Assembly: GCF_000497125.1 (NCBI RefSeq)
Contig: NC_090598.1
Span: 434,001-498,000, forward strand
From: Spironucleus salmonicida
Taxonomy: Eukaryota
DNA length: 64,000 nucleotides
Direction: 5' to 3'
Part shown: positions 12,446-24,300 of the stretch, in pieces
How the letters are laid out: every line of letters begins with the position of its first letter
Numbering within the stretch: the stretch's first letter is position 1
The notes under the pieces: generated by a model
Seen by the model: only the letters and a program-made list of their open reading frames with translations
Database searches by the model: none
Told to the model about the DNA's origin: nothing
Position numbers and translations under genes: made by a program

Positions 12446-14215
12446 ATGAGCTGTCATGAAAGTAAAGTCGATTGCCTAACATGTACGGATTCGTCAGTTT
12501 CTGCCACTTGCTTGACCTGCCACCCGTAGCATACAATAGGCTCCGGCCAGTGCGAAGTCCAATGCATGAAGACAATCGTGGTTGACGGCTAGTGTAAGAA
12601 GACCTCCGACTGCGCCAGCATGGCCTGCACGGACTGCTTCGGCGACGCCAAGACGTGCAGGAGATGCAACCCGCGCTTCCATACCCTCGTCGATGGAACT
12701 TGCGTACACGTTAACAACTGCAAGTACTACAACCACTCCTGCACTAGTTGCAATATTGCGGACCCCCACCTCTGCGGTGAGTGCGCCCAGGGACTGGTAA
12801 ACCTGGGCACTGAGTGCGCAGTCCCGGACGCCTGCAATTCCGGGCCAGTGGCGCTCGACCACTGCGCCAAATGCACTAGAGATGGTGATGGACAGTGTGG
12901 TTCCTGCGTGGACGGCTACTATCTGAGCGGCGACAAGTGCATATTCAGGTCAAACTGCAGAGTAGGGCCTAACGCAATTGAGAAATGTATTAACTGTGAC
13001 CGCAATGACTATATGAAGTGTGAACGCTGCGAAAAGACCCACACTCTAGTCGACGGGGTATGCGTGGCCAAGGGTGCTTGCCTACCGATAATAGAAAACT
13101 GCTCTAGATGTTACCCTGATGATAGCCGCGTATGTGAAGCATGCATCTAATCCCACAACTTAATCGATGGGAAATGTATCCAACGTGGTGCCTGTAAAGA
13201 TACGCTTGAACATTGCACATAATGCCATCAAGATAATAATGAAGTGTGTGAAGCATGCATCTTTACCCATGTGCTAGTAGAGGGGGTATGTATGGATCAC
13301 GATGAATGCTTAAAGACGGTGGACCATTGTACTAAATGTAATTTGGAGATTCCAAGCAAGTGCGAGACATGTAGCTATGTATATAACTTAATTAACGGAA
13401 TATGCTACCCGCGCAATGACTGCCTTGTTGGCCCGTATCCCGTTGATAACTGTGATAAATGCGATCCTAATTTAAAATGGGCGTGCAGTAAATGCAAAAA
13501 TAACCTTGTATTACATTTTTATTCTTGCCATCAACCTGATAAATGTTTGAAATTAGATGAAAATTGCGTAGTTTGTCACTAACTTAATCCAAATGTTTGT
13601 TATATTTGTAAGCGTGGATATTATTGGAACTATGAAAAATGCGTTCCATTGAATAACTGTGAAGCAGGTCCGAATGCTGTCTACTAATGTTCATTGTGTG
13701 ATTCAGTTGATGAAAACATATGCAGAAGATGCCATGATTAATTTAGACTTGTTGATGGAAAATGTATATAACAAGATGAATGTCTAAATACTGATCATAA
13801 TTGTGCTATATGTAATAGAAATAATCTATAAATCTGTGAATTATGTGAATCTGGGTATTAGCTAGTTGAAGGTTTTTGTATGAATGAGCAAAGCGGCTGC
13901 TTACAATTAGATCAATCAAAGTCTGAATGTTTAATATGCAAAACTGGCTACTTTATTGAAAATAAAGGTTGTACACTGTGTAGAGATGATTGTTTAGAGT
14001 GCTCTAGCGCCTCATACTGCACAGTGTGTGAGAGCGGGGAGGTTCCCATTGACGGATAGTGCTCACAGAACCGGGCTAGTGCGGGTGTCACTGCCGGAAT
14101 AGGACTGATTGTGATCACTGTGCTAATCCTAGCTGTGATGGCTGGAGTCATGCTCGTGAGGAAGATAAGGAGCAAAGCCCAGCCCGAGGCCAGCAGTGGG
14201 CACGCCATAAACTGA
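12446..14215 (+). CDS. Cysteine-rich (CXXC) membrane protein, VSP/CRMP-like (589 aa)
   Basis: Dense CXXC repeats (e.g. CTKCNLEIPSKCETC), C-terminal TM GIGLIVITVLILAVMAGVMLV and basic tail RKIRSK; no N-terminal signal peptide (in-frame TGA at 12413). Confidence 0.92.
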
Positions 14216-14511
14216 CCGATAATTAAGTGATCTAAAACCATTTTCAATAGGCAAGGACACCAGGGTAGGCATGGGATGTAAGTTTGTCGCTAGATGGTTG
14301 AAGCCAACATAAATCTAGAGGACGTCCGACACGCAGGCAGATTTATGAACATAACTGCCTTGTGAGAGAACCGTTTTTGTACTACAGCTAGATGACCCCA
14401 AACCAGCACAGTCCGTAAGATACCAGTCACTAGAGTAGACTCTACCAAGTCCCTACGAGACATTCTTTTCTACACACATTATTATATTATAACTGCAAAT
14501 ATCATCCAAAA

Positions 14512-14640
14512 ATGCACACCGCGTACACCAAGCAATTCGCGCTGGCCTACAACATCGACGCGCACCAGATCCGCCTCACACAAATTACTGCTCAAGATGC
14601 CATTTCAGCCCAAAACTTCCGCTCCATTAACGGTAAGTGA
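14512..14640 (+). CDS. Candidate 42-aa microprotein, or first exon/pseudogene 5' end
   Basis: Typical AT-rich element and AAA before ATG, strongly C/G-ending codons in the first half, ends AAG-TGA (AGTGA). Confidence 0.4.
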   Translation: MHTAYTKQFALAYNIDAHQIRLTQITAQDAISAQNFRSINGK

Positions 14641-15664
14641 GCATTATTTTCGCACTTCAGTCTACAATTCACAGCTCTCAAATCTGAGCTCAAAGACACC
14701 TCCTTTGCCCCTTCATGACCTATAATGGCATCATGCAAATTCCAAGAAACAATATTTTGCCTTCCTAAATTTGCACTGCCAAAAGCCGTCTGGGCAGAGC
14801 TGGCGACTAAGCAAAAGGTCTAGTATGCGCGCAGGTGAAAAGCATGGAAATGGGTGGTCTGATTTTGCGGTTCTAGGGCAAAATTCCAACGAATACTGCG
14901 CCGTCCAGGAAGCGTTATAAGAGGGATTTCTGGTGTGTAAATTTAGGGGATTTCTGAGCGATTTGAAAATACGGCGGATGACATGTTCTGGGTGCTTAGT
15001 TGGTTTGTGCAGAACTCTGCTGGCGAGCTAGACCGGATATGTTTGTAAGAGGGCCTATAAAGGTCATGATTTAGTGGTATGTGATAAGTTCAGCGGTGAA
15101 CTGGGCGTTTATAACGATATTCAGGATAAGCAGCAGATTAATATCAATTTTTCGCTATAATGAGACGATTTCATGGGTGAAAGTGAAGTAGAATACTTGT
15201 ATGGATTCAGGAAGGTCAAAAAAATTTCTGAGCTATGCCATGAAGAGTATATGTGACATTATATGTTATAAGTAGTTAGTACTTATAGAAAGCAAAGCTG
15301 TGAAGAAAAGTCATACTTTTACGGCTTTTAAGGATACTCTGGTTTGTAATTAACGAAATGCTAACAAATCTATAATATCATATACTTTAGGCGGAAATTA
15401 ACAAATTGGAACAAACAATGCAGAGTCAATATCATGTATTGCTCATTATGGCTGAATACTAATTTCTTTTATTAATTCAAACAACATTATACAAATACTT
15501 TTCATTTAGAAATTCTAACTAGTTTATCGACTAGTATTTTGTTGAATTCTTATGTCCCAAGTTTATATTCCTTACATTATAATTTCAGCACATAAGTAGT
15601 GCTATATTAGTATTAATCGACTTTGTTTACTATAATATATTTAATATTCATTAAAATTGATGTA

Positions 15665-16456
15665 TCACTATTGAAACATACTATACCGAAACTCTGATTT
15701 TTCTAAAGTTCGACTTCTACATCGCTCAACGTAAGACGTTTTCAAGTTACTTCCAGAGCGCGATAAGCTTCTACTACCACTTCTTAAAATTTTTATTGCT
15801 TTCTTAACATCTTCTGATTAATTTCTCTATTTCTCACGCTTTCGTTACAAAAACATATTTACTGCACAAATTTATTCTGATTCTTACTATTAAACGTTTA
15901 GTATATTTTTTCGCTTCTAGTCTATACCTTTATTCTTATATGTCAGCTTCGCTATCTCAGTTTCTCTAAATTGATTAGCAAAAGGTCTATGAATATGATT
16001 GTGAATCATATTTTATTATATTATAGAATGAGGTGGTTTTACTTCTACAATTTAGATTTCTAAGTTTTCTTCCTAAATTTGCTTTTTACTACTTTTACTA
16101 TGAATCTTAGCCCGCTAACATGCAGAATAGTCGCCGTATTTCTTTCCGTCTAATATTCTTTATTTTCGATCTTGTGCCTCGGCTTTACTTTTTATCATGA
16201 TATCGAACTTTCGTTTTTCTTCATCCGTTCTGACATGTATTGGATAGTTATTTTCAGGGATTTTTAAAATTTTTTAAACTGCTTCGACTGGTTCATCTAC
16301 TTAAAATTCTGCAGTTTTAAAAGGGTTTCTGTATATTCTGGAAGGATATGGAGATGGCTGAAGTGGTATTTATGGTCGTTTTTATGGCGGATTTTGATAA
16401 TATATTTTAGATAAACGAGTCCCGAAAGAACAGGCTGATGATGAGCGTTTATTCAT
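15665..16456 (-). CDS. Hypothetical basic protein (263 aa)
   Basis: Read codon by codon as an open code-6 frame, MNKRSSSACSFGTR...MFQQ, ending TAG-TGA. Confidence 0.75.
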
Positions 16457-16511
16457 TTTTAGACCATTATACATAATTATTATATCAAATATATAAGCAT
16501 ACTTCAAAACG

Positions 16512-17716
16512 ATGCTTGGTGTAATATAGATAATAAATATATTTTACGTTATTATTATTTAATACAATAATTTACTGAATGGTATAAAATTTGATTATAT
16601 TGTAACATTGATTCACTTCCCTCATTCAGCAAAATAAACATAAAAAATTGCATAGTGATCGATGGCTTTGATACATCAAAATTTTAATAGTGTGACGAGT
16701 ACTTTGTAATACTAGATAACAATTCAAAATGTGTACGACCACGACCTGGTCTTTGCCTAAAGTATATTTAGAATGGCAAGAGTTGGAGCGATAGTGAGTA
16801 CCAACTTTGTATGGCTTGTAAGAATAATAAGGTGATAAACAACAATCTTAATGAATGTAAACCATACGACAGTGCATTAGTTCCAAATATCAATGGTACA
16901 AAATGTCTCAGTACTGAGTGCTTCACAATCGAAGATTCCATAGAATACGATAGTGAATTAAATTAAAATTGTGCTAAATGCAAAGTAGGAACAATATTAA
17001 ACGCAAATAATGATTCATGCAATATGTGTATTGACGAGGAAGTTCCTAATAGTACTAGAACTTCGTGTCTTAGCCCTATCTATAAATAAAATATTAAATT
17101 CTGCACAAGATGTTAAGACTAAGGCACAGTACTTTGTCAAGAATGTTTATATGGGTACATGCTTAGTAACGATGGAAAGACCTGTTAAAATTGTTTACAT
17201 GGAAGTTTTATTGTTTAAAAATGCTAGAAATACTATACTGATCACATCATGGAATGTGAACGCTGCATTAATGGATTTTCTTCAAATAGTTGAACCGATG
17301 AGTATCTACCTAATACATGTTTTTTTGGCGATACTGAAGTAGATAGATGTATTACTTGTCAGACAAATGACCAGACGCTTTGTTATTCTTGTGAAAAGGA
17401 ATATATTATCAGCTTTGATGGGAAATAATGCCTTTTAGACAGCTGCCCAGAACATATTGTAAATTGCATATTGTGTGATGAGTAAAATTTATAATAATGC
17501 ATTGCTTGCTAAAAAAATTATGCTGAAATTAGTGGAGTTTGTAAATAAAGTTAAAATTTGAGTACTGCTGGAATAATATGTATTACTATTGGTATTATTA
17601 TGTTATTGCCAATATTGATAATAATAATTAAGATTATTATTTTAATCAGAGAACATAAATCATACAAATAATTTATATTTGTTAATTAGAAGTTAAATAT
17701 ATGGTTTTTATAGTGA
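16512..17716 (+). pseudogene. Disrupted cysteine-rich membrane protein gene
   Basis: CXXC frame from about 16595 to a TM segment and TAG-TGA at 17714-16. In-frame TGA at 17291-93 and 16592-94; the hydrophobic start MLGVIQIINIFYVIII (ATG 16512) is in another frame; several CXXC motifs have lost a Cys. Confidence 0.75.
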
Positions 17717-17727
17717 TGGAAAATTCA

Positions 17728-18837
17728 TCATTATAACCCATATTTTTGTTTTGATTTTGCCAATTTACTCTCAATTCGTGTCCTCTCGGCATCCAGTTTA
17801 AACTAAATTTTTTTGTTTTCGAAGTCCTGCTTATCGTCTATCATTTGCTGTTTCCTACGTGCTTCTTCTTCTAACTAATACTTCTTCTGGGTCTCCTTTT
17901 CTTCCTAAAATTGACGAGTGGTAATAAGTTTGTTTTGTAATTCTTGCTCACTTTTCAGCAGTAGTTCTTATTTTTTGTTGTAAGCATATTAATTTTCTTT
18001 AAGAATTTTTAAGTACCTCTATTCGTTTTTCTGGATCCTTGCTTTTTCTTTTCCTTCTAAGTAGAGTTATTATACTTTGTACACACGGATATAGTCTTTT
18101 ATTTTTGTTTCATATGCTAATAGTTTAAAATGGTTCAAGGTACTAGTTTCGAATGAAATAACTTATACTTCCATTGTAAATTTAGAAATTTCAGTAGAGG
18201 TATCTGATAATTCAGAACCATTCATGCTTGATTAAGTCAGAGAATTATTATTTAAGGATTATTAAGATTGCGTGTTAAGTGAAAGGTTTGAGTTAATTGA
18301 TGCAAGTTATGACTGCTAGTTTTGGAAAAATTATGTTTATAATATATTGGAACAAGATTGTTATGATTTGCTCAAATCTAAGTTATTTTAATTGATTTCT
18401 TATTATAATGATTACAGTTTAAGTTGAAGAATATTTTTTTCATCAGTAACTTTATTGAATTTTTATTACAGAATGTAGTAATCAGAGCTTAGTTTTTAAT
18501 TATCTAACATCAATTTATCATAATTATTACTTAGTTCTGCATAATACTCGTCAGAAAATTTTTATGACCTTTATGATTTTTACTACTTCAAACTTATAGA
18601 ATTTGCTTGTTATTCTTAAGTAATTTGGTTTTATATTTTATCAATAACTAATGCAAATTATTACGAAATTCCTATTATTTTGCATTATTCAATAAGCTAT
18701 CCTAGTTCTTTAACTGCTTGATAGCTTTTTGTGGCATCAAATTAGGTGATTTTTTATTGAATTTTTAAACAGTAAGGTTTTATTTGACAATAGTTTGGTT
18801 CTTAAAACATTAAATGATCTGGAAACTATAACGCCAT
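17728..18837 (-). CDS. Hypothetical coiled-coil protein, paralogue A' (369 aa)
   Basis: MALQFPDHLMFQEPNYCQIK...; FETSTLNHFKLL matches FQTSKLNHYKLL in paralogue A; shared C-terminus ENKKIQ.KLDAER.RIE.KL. Confidence 0.82.
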
Positions 18838-19210
18838 TATGAATTTTACAAATCGGCTTATTATAATATTATTTAATATAAAATGTATTACTATATTATA
18901 TAAAGATTAAAAATAGAAACATAATTGAATAACATACTTCATATTAGTGATTCTATTAATGGATTAGTTTTTATGTATATAAATTATATCATATATGTAA
19001 TTATAAAAATAACTATAACAATACTTAAATTAAAATAATTATTTACTTATTAATTTATAAAGTTGCTGAAAAATAGAAAACTCTCAGTTTACAAAAGTCA
19101 AACGACTCACATAAACAAGCTAGAAATATATGAAATAAACACATTAACTAAGTTTTTGAATTTATGATTACTAATATTTACTCGCTAAAAATAAGAATTG
19201 TTATATGCAT

Positions 19211-20623
19211 TCATTCAACCATCCAATTTTCCTAAATATATTTTCTAAAAACAGTAAACAGTGTTGTATCTAGAACTTCTATTTATGGAATCAGCCCATG
19301 CGAAACAAGTAATTCTTTGATCTCATTCCCATCATAGTAGTCAACTACGAGTTAATTGCTTTAAGTGTCATATATTAATAACGACGTATTCTGATTTATA
19401 AGTTCTACCCAACCTTCCTACAATGTAAATCTCCACAATACTTCATTTCTGAACCGAATTATACTATATAGGTCGTTAACGAAAACTGGTCCGGCATCAA
19501 TATCGACCGTAAAGAACCCCTTTCGTATAGCGCTAGAGGAGCTGAATTTTGAAGCCATAATCTGCAAAATCAGCGCAGACAGCGAGCTTCCGTCCTAAAG
19601 GTCGTAACTGTAGCAGAAGTACTTTCGCGGCGAGACCCCAATCTTTACCGAAAGGTTAAGCTCCTAGACTTTGTTTTTTATCTGACTGAGCAACGACGTC
19701 TCGAAATAGTCTAGAGAAATTCGCCCAACCTCCGCCTCCAGCGTGTCCTTCTGATTTTCAATCTTCTTGAACTGCACGTCGCGCGCTACGAGGCTGCCGG
19801 CGTGGCTGCGCTCGTGCTCGAACTCAATCTGGATTTTGCTTATGTACCTGTAAAAATTCTCTGTTTCAGCTATAACGAAATTCTTGTCAAAGCCGTCCGT
19901 GAAGATACCGCCCCAGTTCCTGTTTATCTTGGCACCCAGCGTCTGCTCTACTTCGTCGAGTTTGATGCGGTAATTGTAGACTGTAAGGTGCTCGTGCCCG
20001 CCAAGCATGACGATGAGCTTGTCCGTGAGCGTCCGGAGCTGCTGGTAGATTTGGAAAAAGAACTTCGCGTCCGTGAACTGCCCAGCGTGCACTAATACAA
20101 CGATCTGGTCGATTTCCTGGCTATTTAGCCTGTCCTTTATGTACTGGTCAGTTTCAAGGAATTCTGCAAGCGGTCTGATGCGCACCTCGTCGATGACTTC
20201 AAACTACGGCGAGAAACCGAATATGATGGTTTTGTTCACAATTTTGGAGCGCAGAAAAACGCTCTGGGCCGCATTTGTGAGCACAAATAGGTTCTTAAAG
20301 TCAAATTCTAGTATAGGTGAGTCAATATTCAAATCGTGGTTTCCTGGGCAGATAGCATCGATATAGGTCTTGTTGCTGATTTGTTCGAAGATTTCATATA
20401 TGAAATATCCCTATTTATGTGACATATCAGCATCAGATAACCCGCATCCCTAAATAAGGTCTCCTGAATCGAATACTAAGGTATTAGGCGTGTTCTTAGC
20501 AGTACGGTAGAATGCTAGTGTCTGAGGGAAGTTTTATTAGATATTAGCTCGAAAATCTGGTATGAGCCAACCATGAATATCAGACTAGTGATACAGTATT
20601 AATGAAGCTATCACTGTGAGCAT
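19211..20623 (-). CDS. Calcineurin-like metallophosphoesterase, 5'-nucleotidase type (470 aa)
   Basis: All five metal motifs are present: SDIHGW, DSGDLIQG, GNHD, LVHAG and GGHEH; short hydrophobic N-terminus. Confidence 0.85.
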
Positions 20624-20672
20624 TTAGAATGGGAAATCTTGTATTAAATATTATATATCAAAACTTATATAC

Positions 20673-21278
20673 TCACATTATTTCCTCAACTCCGATGACG
20701 ACATCTGACAGATTATAAACAATCTTTGCCAATAGTTGCTCACTGTGTGGTTAGAGATCTTCGTACTTAATATGATTAATCCATGTAGTTAGTACCCCTG
20801 AAATTTGAGAGCATGCTTATTGATTTTTAGATATATAATACAGCAGTAAAGTTAGATTATCTGCTGGAATGCTAACATAATCCAATTGGTCTAGCTCTGC
20901 TTTTACTAAAAATATTACATCTGGAACATCGAAAATATAGTTAGCAACTATTGTAAGTAGGTGTTCGTTAGGGAAACACAGAAATAACCTAAATATAATA
21001 GGAAAGTTACCCTCCGGTATCAATGTAAAGAGCTAGTTCTGGCTAGAGATTTAAGCTAATGCAACTTAAAACTGAGGACTGAATATAAAGTTAAATGGGT
21101 CTACCATTTAGAAGGCTTAATACACGTGAAAAGAATTTTACTTTAACAGGAATGTGCACAACCAGTCTACATCTTTCGCATCAGTATGGTCCAAGGATGC
21201 TAGGTGACGAATCGACCGTGGCTAAAGTGGAAGTAAAACGGGTAGCTTCGCAAGGTGCATCTATATAAAATTTTTCAT
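20673..21278 (-). CDS. Hypothetical protein (201 aa)
   Basis: Open code-6 frame that includes ORF-track fragment 20817-21023. Confidence 0.7.
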
Positions 21279-21315
21279 TTTTGACAATATTATATATTAT
21301 TTAAATTAATATGCT

Positions 21316-24300
21316 TCAATCCACACTAGAGCTGATCTGGCTCTCTAGCTCCTGTAGGCCCTTCTACACCTCGTTGAAGAGCCCTTTAAGCCCATTCTAA
21401 ATGCCCTAGCTTTCCTCCCGCAGCTCCTTAGCGGCATTGGTTGCGACCTGGAAGCTTTCGTTAAAGCTGTCAGGGTCCGTGTCAACAGTAGAAATGGTGC
21501 TAGTGGCGTTGCTGAAGACGGAGGCGTCGCTAGGCGGCTTGGCGACCGGCTTCGGAACCCGGGCTGAATTGTACAAAAAGGTTGATTTTGCTGACGAATT
21601 CAACCGATTTTCAAGCGTCTTCGTCTGCTGCTGAAGCTGCTTCAGGTAGGAGGAGAAATTGCTTGTGCTGGACTCGGATAGGTTTGATGTATCGTTGTTG
21701 CCGGTGTTGAAATGCGACCCTACATCGCTCCCTGAGCGATTCTAGGACTGGAAAACGTTGTTCGGTACCGCCGAAATGATAGAGTCGTCGTTGATCTTCC
21801 GGTTGATATCATTGATCTGGTGGGTGTATAGTTCGTTTTACGGCGAGTTTCTCATGATGGAGCGGAAGTTCGTCTTATCGACGGACTGCGAAAACTGGTC
21901 TGGAGTGAATTCTGTGGTTTACGACTTCCCAGTGTTAGAAGGGCTGGGGAGTTCATTGTAGGGGCGATGCGTGTACTGGGCTGTGTTATGATGTTGGAGA
22001 TGCGGTTATTGATATGCTAGATTTTAAATATTTTGCTAGTTTGGATTATATCCAGATGAGGTTGATGTGGTATAGTCAGATTTCTCTGGATATAACTAGT
22101 TCATCAAATTTGATTACTGGTAAGGTAGTTTAGTATCACGTTGTCTTTATTAGTCATATAAGCTATCTTAATGACTGCTTTTATTATTATTAAATTAATT
22201 TACATCTGTTTATTGTTCGTTAAAATGTTATTTATCATAGCTCTAGTTTTCAAATGGTTACTCAATTATATTTAAGTTTTACTTCTAGTTTGAGAATGTA
22301 TTTTCATTTATAGGAAAATTAGCGTCATAACTATTTTCAATTATACCATTATTTTAATTATTTTGATACGGGTTTTCAGTTTTACCGCTATATAAATTTT
22401 GTCTGTTATTAAAGTTTTAATTTTAATCTTCTCCTAATATTTTACGCTAAAGCCGATCATCTGTGCTATTACTGTTTTAACTTGATTATAATAGATTTTA
22501 TGCATCATTAGAATAAATATTTTGTTTTATCAACTATTGGATGTGTTCATCACTTAATCCTGCTTCTTTAAGATCATCTAATTATTTGTTTGTTAATCCT
22601 TTATTGCCTGCAACCGACTTGCTTCGTTATGGAGCCTAACCAATCTACAATATAAGCTCTTCAGGTGATGGCAAATCTAATAACTGGGAGTCTTTTGGCT
22701 AAAGTTAATTCATATACTCTGTGTCGCCACGTTGATGCTTTTAATCATATTATTGTTGATATAATTCTTATGTACTTTCGCTTTCTACTAAGCCATGACC
22801 AAACGTTCCATCATTTAATTTTTTATCAATAATCATATTCTTAATTTCTTTTCTAGCTTCAGCAGTAGTATCCGTTGTTTTACTCATACTACTCATTAAT
22901 ACAGTATTTGGAGTCATTATATTGCCTAAAGTACCATCAGAACTACCTAAATTAATACTATTACTGGATCCTAACTAGTTTTAGTTCTAATTACTAAATA
23001 TATTTTTAGCAGTGGGTTATTACTTATTTTATTGCTGTATGTTTGAAATTTGCTACTAGTAAATATTTGGTATGGTATCGTAACTATCATTTTTAATATT
23101 TTATGACATTTAGTCAATTATTTTTTATTTTTAATTGTTTTCGACAGATTATAAAGTATTATGTTAAATTTCTGATATTAATGCTTAAATTTTTTAGTCG
23201 ACATTTAAATCTTAGCTATTCATAATATTTTTATATGATTATTCATTGTTAGCAATTTCTTCAATTTAACTATGATCGCTTTAACTGATTTAAGATTACA
23301 AATCAAATAACTTTTTCTTAATTTCATTTGATATTGGAAGTTCTGTAATTTCTTATTTCGTTAAATAATTAGAAATTTTAGTAGGAGCTAGAATTTAATT
23401 AGCTGCGTAATTTTCTGTTGTAGACGAGTTTTAAGATACATCTTTGGAGCTATTTTGAGATTACTTCTTTTTGACGACTTTTATAATATTTATTGCTGGA
23501 GAATCGAAGTTTTCTTAATTTTAGGTCACTTACTTAAGTTAAGTAGGAGTCGCTGGTTAAACTTATTATGGTGATACAGTTGAAGATATTTAATCTTAAT
23601 CTTTTAAAATGTCATTTTAAATTTCATCCACTATACTTTAAGATTTTTCATGATTTCGTTTTTCATCATCTTTCTTTTACTTAATTCTCTTTACCGCAGA
23701 CACCTAAGGTGACGCTATAGAATCATCTAATAAAATTGCTTATTTAATCTCCTTTATTGTATTCTAAATTAGTTTTTCTTTCTTTAGCAAATCTTTTTTG
23801 GATTAACTAGCAGATACTTCATTTGACAACAACGATGATTCTGATTTAGCTAAATCTTCTTAGTTTGAATCTTCAACTAAAGAGTTAGTGAGCTTAGATG
23901 TAGAAGATGATTAACTAATTTTTTCTTAATGCATTTGCAATAATTTCCTTACAAGTTCTTTGTCTTATCTACTAGGCATTATGTCTTCATTAGTAGCAAT
24001 AGAAGTCTTCTTGATTGGCTATTTTGTGACTTGTTTTGGAGGGAATTTAGCTGAGACTTAACTGGTATTTTTACTACTTGTAGATTTCATAATTGAAGGT
24101 GTAGGTTGAGAAATTGAGGATGAAGCATTTTTAGAGGTATTTGAATCTGGAAATTATTTTTTGAATGCGTTTGCTGCCGTTGACTGTGGGTATTTAGGAG
24201 ATTTTGGTTTCTCTTAAGATTTTATGTTTGTACCAGAAGATTTAGGCTTAGGAGTTTGTACTACTGCGTTTTTAATATTACTAGTGGTAGTATCAATTTA

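Noticed and set aside
17291-17293. TGA as selenocysteine
   Set aside because: It is not at a CXXC position, the gene has other lesions, and there is no room for a SECIS before the convergent gene.
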